DNA of 63,436 nucleotides, from contig DCEG01000005.1 in assembly GCA_002316835.1 (NCBI GenBank), forward strand, positions 8,884-72,319, read 5' to 3'. The translations under genes and the position numbers were made by a program. Shown in pieces: positions 20,870 through 29,589 of the stretch. Numbering within the stretch: the stretch's first letter is position 1; the number at the start of each line of letters is the position of its first letter. The notes under the pieces were generated by a model. That model saw only the letters and a program-made list of their open reading frames with translations, was not told where the DNA came from and did not search any database. The stretch comes from Bacteroidales bacterium UBA1035 (lineage in GTDB: Bacteria; Bacteroidota; Bacteroidia; Bacteroidales; Dysgonomonadaceae).

Positions 20870-20906
20870 AAAATGCCCTGTTTCCACTTAAGAAACAGGG
20901 CGTTTT
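20870..20906. terminator. Bidirectional terminator
   Basis: AAAATGCCCTGTTTC…GAAACAGGGCGTTTT between convergent genes. Confidence 0.8.
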
Positions 20907-21698
20907 TTATTGATCACGTTTAGATACCGATCGTTTCCCGAAGGAATACATAAGGGTAACGTTCCAAAGAAAGCTTTCACTACCGGCAATATCCGATTTA
21001 ATTTCCTTGTTGGCAACAGCAGACAAAGAAAAGGGGAAATCTTTTTTTGCTAAACTGACACTGGCATAAGCATAGAACCCCTTTTGAGTGCCGACTGTCA
21101 GGTAGTAAAACTGTGGGAAAACTCCTAAATAAAATTCATCCGATAATCTTATATTCGTGATATTTGTTTGCAGAGAAATAAAATGCGAATGTTTAATTGC
21201 GTTTTTCTCCATATTATACGCATATAAATAATAGGGTCCAACACTAAGATTAGGCGTTATATAATACAGCGGAGCAATTTCTCCGGCCAAAAATCGCCAT
21301 ACGGTTATGGTTTCCTGCTCTATTCCGTTTATGGTGGCCGTTCTGGCTCTAAAAGAATACGCAGGGTGCGCACCAACCCTGAATTTGAATTTTTCGTTAT
21401 CGGCAAATCTGTACCTGAACCAAAAAATAAACGACCACGGTCTTGCATCGGGGATGTTGAATTTTAATTGTGGATCAAAACTGAAATGTCCCCTGCTTAA
21501 CGATAAATCGGTAATAAATGCCGGTTTACCCAACGACAGGTAAGGAACTGTAGAGATGCCGTTGTTTGTTATTGATAAAGCCCCGTTAATAAATGTGTCA
21601 GGTTTTGGAATTACGGAATTCATCAATACGCTGTCTTTCTCCTGTGAGAAAGAAAAATGAACCAACAACGCGAATGTGAAAATGAATATTGTTCTCAT
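20907..21698 (-). CDS. Hypothetical outer-membrane beta-barrel-like protein
   Basis: Signal peptide; aromatic alternating beta-strand pattern. Confidence 0.65.
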   Translation of the reverse strand: MRTIFIFTFALLVHFSFSQEKDSVLMNSVIPKPDTFINGALSITNNGISTVPYLSLGKPAFITDLSLSRGHFSFDPQLKFNIPDARPWSFIFWFRYRFADNEKFKFRVGAHPAYSFRARTATINGIEQETITVWRFLAGEIAPLYYITPNLSVGPYYLYAYNMEKNAIKHSHFISLQTNITNIRLSDEFYLGVFPQFYYLTVGTQKGFYAYASVSLAKKDFPFSLSAVANKEIKSDIAGSESFLWNVTLMYSFGKRSVSKRDQ

Positions 21699-21711
21699 TA
21701 ATTAAATGAAA

Positions 21712-22623
21712 TCAATTGAGTTGTCTGTAATCCATTGGCGAATAGCCGGTTTTTTGTTTGAATAAACGGGTGAAATGCTGCGGGTATTTGAATCCAAGTT
21801 CGTAAGCCACCTCGCTCACGGTCTTGTCTGTATCGTGAATTTTTTCCTTGGCAACTTCCATTAGTTTTTGCTGGATGTAATCCTGAGCCAATTGCCCGGT
21901 TTCTTTTTTAATCAGATCGCCAAAATAATTGGAGGAAAGATTAAGTTTATTGGCACAATATTTAACGGACGGTAAACCTATGTTTTGTGGTTTATCTGAA
22001 TTGAAATAAGAATTCAGAAGATTCTCAAATTTTGTAAGTACTCCCTTATTTGAATCGCTTCGTGTAATAAACTGACGATCGTAAAAACGTACGCAGTAGT
22101 TAAGTAGCAGTTCAATATTGGAAACAATCAGCATTTTGCTGTGCTTATCAATCGCGTGTTGCAATTCAATCCGTATTTTCTTAAAACAATCAATTACGGT
22201 TTGTTTTTCCTGTTCCGAAAGATGTAGAGCTTCGTTGGTTTCATAAGAAAAGAAAGAATAATCTTTCATATTTCTTCCCAACGGAGTTCCGAGTAGCAAA
22301 TCGGGGTGGAACAACAAAACCCATCCTTTCATCTCTCTCGGTTGCCCGTCGCTCGAAATCCCAACAATTTGTCCCGGAGCCATGAATACGAGTGTTCCTT
22401 CCTGATAATCGTACGTGTTTTTCCCATATTTCAGATCGCCACATTTAACCTCTTTCAGGAAAATAGAATAATATCCATACCTGAATTTTTTGTCGAATGG
22501 TTCGTGTTCGGGAATCAAAGGATTTTCAGAGTGATCGATGACACTGACTAAAGGATGCAGCGTTTCGCGATGAATGGCCTTCTCATATTCATAGGTGTGA
22601 TCGATGTTAATTATTTCGTCCAT
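21712..22623 (-). CDS. AraC-family transcriptional regulator
   Basis: C-terminal double HTH (VSEVAYELGFKYPQHFTRLFK). Confidence 0.93.
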   Translation of the reverse strand: MDEIINIDHTYEYEKAIHRETLHPLVSVIDHSENPLIPEHEPFDKKFRYGYYSIFLKEVKCGDLKYGKNTYDYQEGTLVFMAPGQIVGISSDGQPREMKGWVLLFHPDLLLGTPLGRNMKDYSFFSYETNEALHLSEQEKQTVIDCFKKIRIELQHAIDKHSKMLIVSNIELLLNYCVRFYDRQFITRSDSNKGVLTKFENLLNSYFNSDKPQNIGLPSVKYCANKLNLSSNYFGDLIKKETGQLAQDYIQQKLMEVAKEKIHDTDKTVSEVAYELGFKYPQHFTRLFKQKTGYSPMDYRQLN

Positions 22624-22681
22624 AACTGATTTTTTATTGCAAAAATAAACGAAATATTCATATGATTTTCAGCGAGAAACG

Positions 22682-22752
22682 CAAATCAGTAAAAATGGTA
22701 TGAATAACCGTAATTTGTATACAAAATAACTACATTTGTTATAGTATTTTTG
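22682..22752 (+). promoter_or_regulatory. Putative AraC operator A (copy 1) plus -7 box
   Basis: CAAATCAGTAAAAATGGTATG; GTAA half-sites 21 bp apart; TATTTTTG 63 bp from motif start; near-identical copy at 28949. Confidence 0.65.
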
Positions 22753-22776
22753 TGGAATCAAATAAAAATCAACGAT

Positions 22777-23193
22777 ATGAGCAACATAAAATACATTCTG
22801 CTATTTTTAATATTATCATTAATCCCAAATAATATGAATGCACAAACTACCGCAGAAGAGAAAAAAGATATGTTGATACGCATTTCCGAAATTGAAATCT
22901 ATCCGGAATATCTCAACGAATACATCGCCATTTTGAAAGAAGAAGCCGAAATTTCCGTAAACATTGAGCCGGGTGTCATTGCCATTTATCCCATGCAAAT
23001 AAAAGATAATCCCACGCAAATCCGTATCGTGGAGATTTATGCCAATCAGGCAGCCTACCAATCACATCTGAAAACGCCTCATTTTCAGTACTACAAAACC
23101 GAAACCCTGAAAATGGTGAAATCATTGAATTTGGTGGATATGACTAGTCTGGACGAAGAAACGATGAGCAAAATTTTTAAGAAACTGAAATAA
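22777..23193 (+). CDS. Antibiotic-biosynthesis-monooxygenase (putative quinol monooxygenase) family protein with signal peptide
   Basis: EPG…EIY…AYQSHLKTPHFQ ABM motifs; hydrophobic N-terminus. Confidence 0.8.
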   Translation: MSNIKYILLFLILSLIPNNMNAQTTAEEKKDMLIRISEIEIYPEYLNEYIAILKEEAEISVNIEPGVIAIYPMQIKDNPTQIRIVEIYANQAAYQSHLKTPHFQYYKTETLKMVKSLNLVDMTSLDEETMSKIFKKLK

Positions 23194-23194
23194 C

Positions 23195-23767
23195 GTGAAT
23201 AGTTTAAACAAGACCATTTTCGACAGGCTGAGATCGGGAGAGCATGTTCCGTTCACCGATCCTGAATATTCGCAACTTCATGATGCCTGCGTAGAAACCA
23301 AAAAACTGGTGATTGCACTAAACAATGAAGCGGATCCGGCGCAACAGCGAAGTTTGCTTAGTAAAATAACCAGTAGAACAGTAGACGAAAGTACTGCTGT
23401 TTTCACTCCGTTCTCCATCAATTACGGTAAAAATCTGTGGTTAGGTAAAAATGTTTTCATCAATGCAAACTGCTCGTTTCTGGATTTGGGTGGAATTACC
23501 ATTGATGATGATGTGATGATCGCTCCGGCTGTAGTGATTTCTTCCGAGGGCCATCCAATCAACGGAAAAGAGCGTCGACAATTGATTCCTGCTCATGTAC
23601 ATATCAGAAAAAACGTTTGGATTGGTGCTCATGCCACCATTCTGCCCGGTGTAACCATCGGTGAAAATTCGGTTGTCGCCGCAGGCGCCGTGGTTACTGC
23701 GGATGTACCCGATAACGTCGTCGTGGGCGGTGTACCGGCAAAAATTATTAAACGTATTAACGAATGA
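23195..23767 (+). CDS. Sugar O-acetyltransferase (Maa/LacA hexapeptide family)
   Basis: VWIGAHATILPGVTIGENSVVAAGAVV…GVPAKII. Confidence 0.88.
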   Translation: MNSLNKTIFDRLRSGEHVPFTDPEYSQLHDACVETKKLVIALNNEADPAQQRSLLSKITSRTVDESTAVFTPFSINYGKNLWLGKNVFINANCSFLDLGGITIDDDVMIAPAVVISSEGHPINGKERRQLIPAHVHIRKNVWIGAHATILPGVTIGENSVVAAGAVVTADVPDNVVVGGVPAKIIKRINE

Positions 23768-23794
23768 CGCTTTAAACAAGATAAAAATTCAATT

Positions 23795-24409
23795 ATGAAC
23801 GTCATTTTTTCTATATTATTCACCATTGTGTTTTTTTCTGCGAACACGTGTGTTGCGCAACAGGCAAACGTCAAACAGCAAATCGATGATGGCAAAACGC
23901 TTGTTGTCTATCTGTCGCGGACGAATAATACCAAAGCCGTTGCCAAAATCATACACGCAAAAGTTGGCGATGATTTGGTTGCTTTGGAGTTACAAAATCC
24001 TTATCCCGAAAATTATCGCGCTACGGTTGAGCAAGTCGCCAAAGAGAATGAAACCGGTTTCTTGCCGCCTTTGCGTACAAAAATTGAAAATTTCAGCCGA
24101 TACGACACCATTTTTATCGGGTTTCCAACATGGGGAATGCAGTTGCCGCCACCTGTGAAATCGTTTTTGAGCCGGTATGATTTTAATGGAAAAACCATCG
24201 TCCCTTTTAACACACATGCGGGATATGGTCCCGGCAGCAGTTTCACAGATATTAAACGATATGCGCCGGACGCTGAAGTTTTGGAAGGACTTTCCGTGAA
24301 AGGCGGAATTGAAAGAGACGGCATATTGTTTGTGATGGAAGGTGAAAAAAGACGGGAAACAGAAAATCTTATAGAAAATTGGTTAAGTAAAATAGGCATT
24401 AACAAGTAA
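23795..24409 (+). CDS. Flavodoxin (Flavodoxin_4 type) with signal peptide
   Basis: YLSRTNNT, GFPTWG, PFNTHAGYG. Confidence 0.88.
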   Translation: MNVIFSILFTIVFFSANTCVAQQANVKQQIDDGKTLVVYLSRTNNTKAVAKIIHAKVGDDLVALELQNPYPENYRATVEQVAKENETGFLPPLRTKIENFSRYDTIFIGFPTWGMQLPPPVKSFLSRYDFNGKTIVPFNTHAGYGPGSSFTDIKRYAPDAEVLEGLSVKGGIERDGILFVMEGEKRRETENLIENWLSKIGINK

Positions 24410-24432
24410 GCTTATCCATCTTTTTCATCATG

Positions 24433-24497
24433 GTTTGATTTTCGCAATTTTTTGTTTGAAATGCGTATATTTATTTGTTACTCACTCCCTACTTTTG
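24433..24497 (+). promoter_or_regulatory. Putative AraC operator B (copy 1) plus -7 box
   Basis: GTTTGATTTTCGCAA and GTTTGAAATGCGTAT 21 bp apart; TACTTTTG 57 bp from motif start. Confidence 0.65.
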
Positions 24498-24523
24498 TAT
24501 CGTAAACAATTATATGCTGAAAA

Positions 24524-25423
24524 ATGGGTAAAACAGAAAAATTAGAAGAATTCTACAACCAAAAATTCGGATGGTTACCCGATAACATCCGAAAGGATTT
24601 CGGGCACTTCAACATTTTTGTACTTGAAGATCACAGAGATGGCAAAGCTCGTCCGGTGCCTTATCGCAAGCGCGACTATTTTAAAATCACCTTCCTGCAA
24701 GGAAATGCCGAAATACATTATGCCGATAAATCGGTGAAAGTGGCTAAACAGGCGATCACCTTTTCAAATCCACAAATACCGTATAGTTGGGAAGGCCTGG
24801 AAAACGTCTTGGGCGGTTATTACTGCATTTTCAATCAGGAGTTTTTCGGTCAGTTCGGTAATTTGAACGATTATTCGCTTTTCAAGCCGGGTGGCACTCA
24901 CGTCTTTGAACTTTCGGATGCACAGGCCGGACAGGTTATTGGTGTTTTTAAAAAGATGCAGGAAGAATTCAATTCCAACTATGTGCACAAGTATGATGTA
25001 TTGCGCAATCTCACTTTTGAGTTATTGCATTTTGCGATGAAAATGCAACCTTCGGTTGAGTTGGAAAAACAACCCATAAATGCGTCGCAGCGCATCTCCA
25101 CTTTGTTCGCAGAATTACTTGAGCGTCAGTTCCCGATTGAAGATACGAGCCAATACGTGCAACTGCGCACTGCTTCCGATTTTGCAAAGCAACTCTACAT
25201 TCACGTGAATTACCTGAACCGTGCCGTGAAAGAAGTTACAGGAAAAACTACCAGCGATATAATCAGTGAACGCATTTTACAAGAAGCAAAAATTATGTTG
25301 CGACAAAGCGATTTATCTGTTTCGGAAATCGCTTACGCGTTGGGATTTTCCGAAGCTCCTCGTTTCAACAACTTTTTCAAGAAACTGACAGGCGAAACGC
25401 CATCAGCGTTCAGAAAAGTTTGA
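24524..25423 (+). CDS. AraC-family transcriptional regulator
   Basis: HTH LSVSEIAYALGFSEAPRFNNFFKK. Confidence 0.93.
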   Translation: MGKTEKLEEFYNQKFGWLPDNIRKDFGHFNIFVLEDHRDGKARPVPYRKRDYFKITFLQGNAEIHYADKSVKVAKQAITFSNPQIPYSWEGLENVLGGYYCIFNQEFFGQFGNLNDYSLFKPGGTHVFELSDAQAGQVIGVFKKMQEEFNSNYVHKYDVLRNLTFELLHFAMKMQPSVELEKQPINASQRISTLFAELLERQFPIEDTSQYVQLRTASDFAKQLYIHVNYLNRAVKEVTGKTTSDIISERILQEAKIMLRQSDLSVSEIAYALGFSEAPRFNNFFKKLTGETPSAFRKV

Positions 25424-25482
25424 TTTTCGCAAACATTGGTTTTAATTGAGTAATTTCTCCTGATAAATTATGACGAATTTTG
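25418..25482 (+). promoter_or_regulatory. Putative AraC operator B (copy 2) plus -7-like box
   Basis: Identical GTTTGATTTTCGCAA overlapping the AraC stop; second half-site 21 bp on; GAATTTTG at the same +57 offset. Confidence 0.6.
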
Positions 25483-25511
25483 TATCAATAAAAAATTCTG
25501 ATTAGAAAACA

Positions 25512-25967
25512 ATGAAAACAACGTTACTCATCTTGTTTATTCTTACAGGTATCGAAGGATGTGCATGACAAAATCAATCGAAAATGAATACTACAACTTC
25601 AAGCGAAGATTCAGCACAAGTTATCGCCGTAACACGCAAGCTGACGGATTTAATGATTGAAAGAAATATCGCTGAAATGGACAAAATCGTGGATCAGAAT
25701 TTTACCCTCACTCACATCACAGGGTACAAGCAACCGAAAGCCGAATGGTTTGCCGAAATAGAGAGCGAAAGCATGAAATATTATGGTTACGAAGAAGTGG
25801 GCACTTCTGTAAAGATCAACGGTAACCGGGCAGAGTTCATCGGCAGAAACCGGCTCGATGCCCGTATCTGGGGTTCGCGAAACAATTGGCGGCTGCAACA
25901 AAAAATGCAGTTGGGTAAACGCGACGATAAATGAATAATTTTAAATTCAGTGGCGTCAACATTCTGA
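25512..25967 (+). pseudogene. NTF2-like/DUF4440 protein interrupted by two in-frame TGA codons
   Basis: MKTTLLILFILTGIEGCA*QNQSKMNTT…GKRDDK*IILNSVASTF*, one frame throughout. Confidence 0.7.
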
Positions 25968-25996
25968 CGACCGCAGCATAAAATTAATCAAAAAAT

Positions 25997-26560
25997 ATGA
26001 AAACATTTTTATTCGCTCTCATCACATTCATGACAATCCATGTAGGGTTAGCAGCACAGACCAGCCATGTGCAGGGCAAAAAGATTCTTATTGCCTACTA
26101 TTCCCTAAGAAATGGAAATACCCGCATTGTAGCAGAAGAAATTCAAAAAAACGTGGGTGGAGACATTTTTCGCATAGAAACAGTCAATAATTATCCCGCC
26201 GAGTACCGCGATGTTACCGACCAGGCAAAACGTGAACAGGAATCGGAATTTCGTCCGAAATTGAAAAAGAACGTATCCGGCTTCAACCAGTACGACGTTA
26301 TTTTCATCGGCTCTCCCATTTGGTGGGGAACCGTTGCTCCGACTGTGAAGACATTTCTGGAAAGCAATGATTTCAAAGGAAAAACCATCGTTCCGTTTGT
26401 GACTCACGGAGGTAGTCAATTGGGAAGCAGCGTTTCGGACATTCGCAAACTCTGTCCCGACTCTAAAGTACTTGATGGGCTTGCAGTGCTTGGTAGCAAT
26501 GCAAATAATTCTTCAAACGATGTAATAAAATGGCTCAACACTATCGGAATAACGAAATAA
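25997..26560 (+). CDS. Flavodoxin (Flavodoxin_4 type) with signal peptide
   Basis: YYSLRNGNT, GSPIWWG, PFVTHGGS. Confidence 0.88.
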   Translation: MKTFLFALITFMTIHVGLAAQTSHVQGKKILIAYYSLRNGNTRIVAEEIQKNVGGDIFRIETVNNYPAEYRDVTDQAKREQESEFRPKLKKNVSGFNQYDVIFIGSPIWWGTVAPTVKTFLESNDFKGKTIVPFVTHGGSQLGSSVSDIRKLCPDSKVLDGLAVLGSNANNSSNDVIKWLNTIGITK

Positions 26561-26588
26561 AAAACAGTAAATAAATAAGATGTAAAAG

Positions 26589-28832
26589 ATGGATAATTAT
26601 AAGTTTTCAGAATTTTCTTTCATGCGATATTTCAATACAAAAAGATTGTTTTACGTTTGTATTGGCTTGATATTAACTTCTTTGGTGCATGGACAACAAC
26701 CACGAAATATTACGGTAAAATATATTTCCGAAGAAATCAAAATTGACGGTATCCTTGATGAGGATGTTTGGCAGGATGCAGACAAAGGCGGTGATTTCTG
26801 GCAATTTTTCCCCACGGACTCCATGAAATCAGTAAACAATACAGAATTCCGGCTTTTATATGATGATCACGCATTATATATAGGAATACGAGCGGACGCA
26901 AAATCAGATGATTACGTTGTAAGTTCTTTACGCCGCGATTTCAGCGGAGTAGGAAATGACAACGTTACCCTGATGTTCGATACGTTTAAAGACGGTACCA
27001 CCGCCTTTTTGTTTGGGATGACACCGTACGGAGTACAACGCGACGTCTTTGTTTCCGGTGGCGGGTCAGACAGAAACGCATTCAATACATCATGGGATCA
27101 GATATGGCACTTACAGAGTACCATGCATGAAGATCACTATATTTTAGAAGCATCTGTACCGCTAAGCTCCATTAAATTCAGGGAAGGTGAAACATCGTGG
27201 AGAGTGCAATGTTACCGTTGGGATATGCAAACCAACGAACAGAGCGCGTGGGCGCGCGTTCCTCAAAATCAGATGCTGTCGAGCCTCGCATTTATGGGCG
27301 ATATGATCTTTGAAAAACCGTTGCCAAAATCGCGTACTCCAATCGCTATTATTCCTTACGTTAACGCCTTAACATCGAAAGATTTTGTTACTGATCTTCC
27401 TGATAACAAATTAACTTTTGGCGGAGATGCTAAAGTAGCTATAGGAAACAGCATGAATCTGGATATCACGGTGAACCCGGACTTCTCTAATGTGGAAGTC
27501 GATGATATTTTCACTAATTTAACCCGGTTTGAAGTATTCCTTCCCGAAAAAAGGCAGTTTTTTATCGATAACAACGATTTATTCGGCAGCTATGGGGACA
27601 CGTATTATGCTGCCAAACCCTTCTTTTCGAGAAGAATTGGTTTAGCCAGGGATAAGAACGGAAACCTTATCGAAAACAGAATTATAGGCGGAGTAAGGTT
27701 AAGTGGAAAATTAAATGAAAACTGGCGTCTCGGGCTTTTGAATATTCAAACCGGAGAAGACGAAAACAACGAAATCGCGTCAAACAATAACATGATGATC
27801 TCCGTGCAGCGCAAGGTTTTCTCAAGGTCCAACATCGGGTTCTTTGCAATCAACCGCGAAGCTTTTAAAGATTATGCTTTCCTCGATAATGCTGAAAAAT
27901 ACAACCGGGTATTCGGCGCTGAATATAATCTTGCATCGGCCGATAACAGCTGGACGGGAAAATTTTATTTGCATAAATCTTTTCAACCGGACGATTCCAA
28001 AGGAAATCTGTCTTCACAGGCAACTGTAACTTACATGAACAGAAGAATAAGATGGATTGCCGATCTGATGTACGTGGATAAGGATTTTAAGGCCGATCTT
28101 GGTTTCGTACCGAGAACCGATATATTAAAGAATGGAAATGGATTAACTTTTAATTTCTATCCGAAAAGCGGGCCTGTAAGCCTTCACGGGCCGGGAGCCA
28201 TGGCGTTGTATTACTGGAAACCTTCCATGGACATGAAAAAAGAGGATCATACTTATAATCTATACTACAACGTCAATTTTAATGATCAGTCAACGCTGCG
28301 ACTCGATTACAATAATTATTTTGTTTATTTAACGCATGGTTTTGATCCCACTCGTTCGGGAGGAGAACCATTGCCGGGAAATCAAAGCTACTCATACAAT
28401 CAATTGGGCGCAACGTATCAATCCAATCCGGGGAAATTGTTTTCTTTTAATGCACAAACTACGGGAGGACAATTTTTTACAGGACACAGCCTGACTATAG
28501 GCGGACAACTCACAACCAGAATGCAACCATGGGCGTTGCTGAGCCTTAACGTGCGATACGATGCCATACGTTTGCCTCAACCTCATTCAAACGCAGATTA
28601 CTGGCTGGTGACACCAAAAGTGGACATTACTTTTTCCAAGACCGTTTTTTGGTCAACACTGGTGCAATACAGCAATCAGCGAGATAATATCGGTATCAAC
28701 TCACGCTTGCAATGGCGGTTTGCACCTTTATCCGATTTGTACCTGGTGTATAATGACAATTATTTTACGCGGGATTTCGAACCTCGTTTTCGGTCAATCA
28801 ATCTGAAACTGACGTATTGGCTGAATTTATAA
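26589..28832 (+). CDS. DUF5916 / CBM9-like domain outer-membrane protein
   Basis: IKIDGILDEDVW CBM9-like start; NPDFSNVEVD…FLPEKRQFF and FFSRRIG motifs; C-terminal KLTYWLNL (start may be 26622). Confidence 0.82.
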   Translation: MDNYKFSEFSFMRYFNTKRLFYVCIGLILTSLVHGQQPRNITVKYISEEIKIDGILDEDVWQDADKGGDFWQFFPTDSMKSVNNTEFRLLYDDHALYIGIRADAKSDDYVVSSLRRDFSGVGNDNVTLMFDTFKDGTTAFLFGMTPYGVQRDVFVSGGGSDRNAFNTSWDQIWHLQSTMHEDHYILEASVPLSSIKFREGETSWRVQCYRWDMQTNEQSAWARVPQNQMLSSLAFMGDMIFEKPLPKSRTPIAIIPYVNALTSKDFVTDLPDNKLTFGGDAKVAIGNSMNLDITVNPDFSNVEVDDIFTNLTRFEVFLPEKRQFFIDNNDLFGSYGDTYYAAKPFFSRRIGLARDKNGNLIENRIIGGVRLSGKLNENWRLGLLNIQTGEDENNEIASNNNMMISVQRKVFSRSNIGFFAINREAFKDYAFLDNAEKYNRVFGAEYNLASADNSWTGKFYLHKSFQPDDSKGNLSSQATVTYMNRRIRWIADLMYVDKDFKADLGFVPRTDILKNGNGLTFNFYPKSGPVSLHGPGAMALYYWKPSMDMKKEDHTYNLYYNVNFNDQSTLRLDYNNYFVYLTHGFDPTRSGGEPLPGNQSYSYNQLGATYQSNPGKLFSFNAQTTGGQFFTGHSLTIGGQLTTRMQPWALLSLNVRYDAIRLPQPHSNADYWLVTPKVDITFSKTVFWSTLVQYSNQRDNIGINSRLQWRFAPLSDLYLVYNDNYFTRDFEPRFRSINLKLTYWLNL

Positions 28833-28948
28833 TAGGAAAGCAATCGGGCAGATTGAACCGGCTGGTGTCAGGAGCCCCCGAATTTCTTTTAAAAGATATG
28901 TGGCATTATCTGTAATAAGGATAAAACGACAGTTTTTCAAGGAAAAAA

Positions 28949-29019
28949 CAAATCAGTAAAAGTGGTATGTTTTCCTGTAATCTGGGTAATAATCGGCTCA
29001 TTTTCATGCTCTATCTTTG
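28949..29019 (+). promoter_or_regulatory. Putative AraC operator A (copy 2) plus -7 box
   Basis: CAAATCAGTAAAAGTGGTATG (20/21 match to 22682); TATCTTTG 63 bp from motif start. Confidence 0.65.
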
Positions 29020-29048
29020 CAGAAGTAATTTACTAACTATAAAAAAAG

Positions 29049-29573
29049 ATGAATATGAAAAAAATTATCTTACTGGCAACTTGCTTAGTCGGAATTATTT
29101 CCGCTCAGTCCCAAACAAAACCGCTCGAACAAAGAATCATAGAAATTGAAGACAGAATGGCCATTAAAGAACTGGTCGATCAATTTTCCATTTTATCAGA
29201 CCTGAAGCACGCTCAGGCACAAGCGCTCCTTTTTACCGAAGATGCTGTTGTGGAAACCTATCAGGGAGACCAACTGACCATTACGCTGAAAGGCAGGGAA
29301 CAGATTGCAGCAGTGTTCGGGAATTTCCTTAATTCGATGGAAACGGTATATCACATTAACGGACAACAAACTGTGGATTTGAACGGAAACAATGCCACAG
29401 GGGTTTCTTATTGTCAGGTAACGCTTATCGGGGACGAAAACGGAAAGAAAATGGTCACCAATCATGGTGTTTTCTATCAGGACAATTATGTGAAAGGCAA
29501 AAACGGTAAATGGTTGATATCAAAAAGAAAATCTACCTTTCACTGGACGGAGAAAAGAGAATTGAAACAATAA
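29049..29573 (+). CDS. NTF2-like/SnoaL_4 family protein with signal peptide
   Basis: EDRMAIKELVD…LFTEDA…H…YQDNY…WLISKR. Confidence 0.82.
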   Translation: MNMKKIILLATCLVGIISAQSQTKPLEQRIIEIEDRMAIKELVDQFSILSDLKHAQAQALLFTEDAVVETYQGDQLTITLKGREQIAAVFGNFLNSMETVYHINGQQTVDLNGNNATGVSYCQVTLIGDENGKKMVTNHGVFYQDNYVKGKNGKWLISKRKSTFHWTEKRELKQ

Positions 29574-29589
29574 TAACCGGATTACGAAG

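Noticed and set aside
25512-25967. Genome-wide TGA recoding (Trp/Sec)
   Set aside because: TGA terminates intact genes such as pstC, phoB and the AraC at 25423
28843-28890. GC-rich stretch TCGGG…CCCGA after the first DUF5916 gene as an ncRNA or riboswitch
   Set aside because: Only a weak terminator-like stem; no recognisable aptamer consensus
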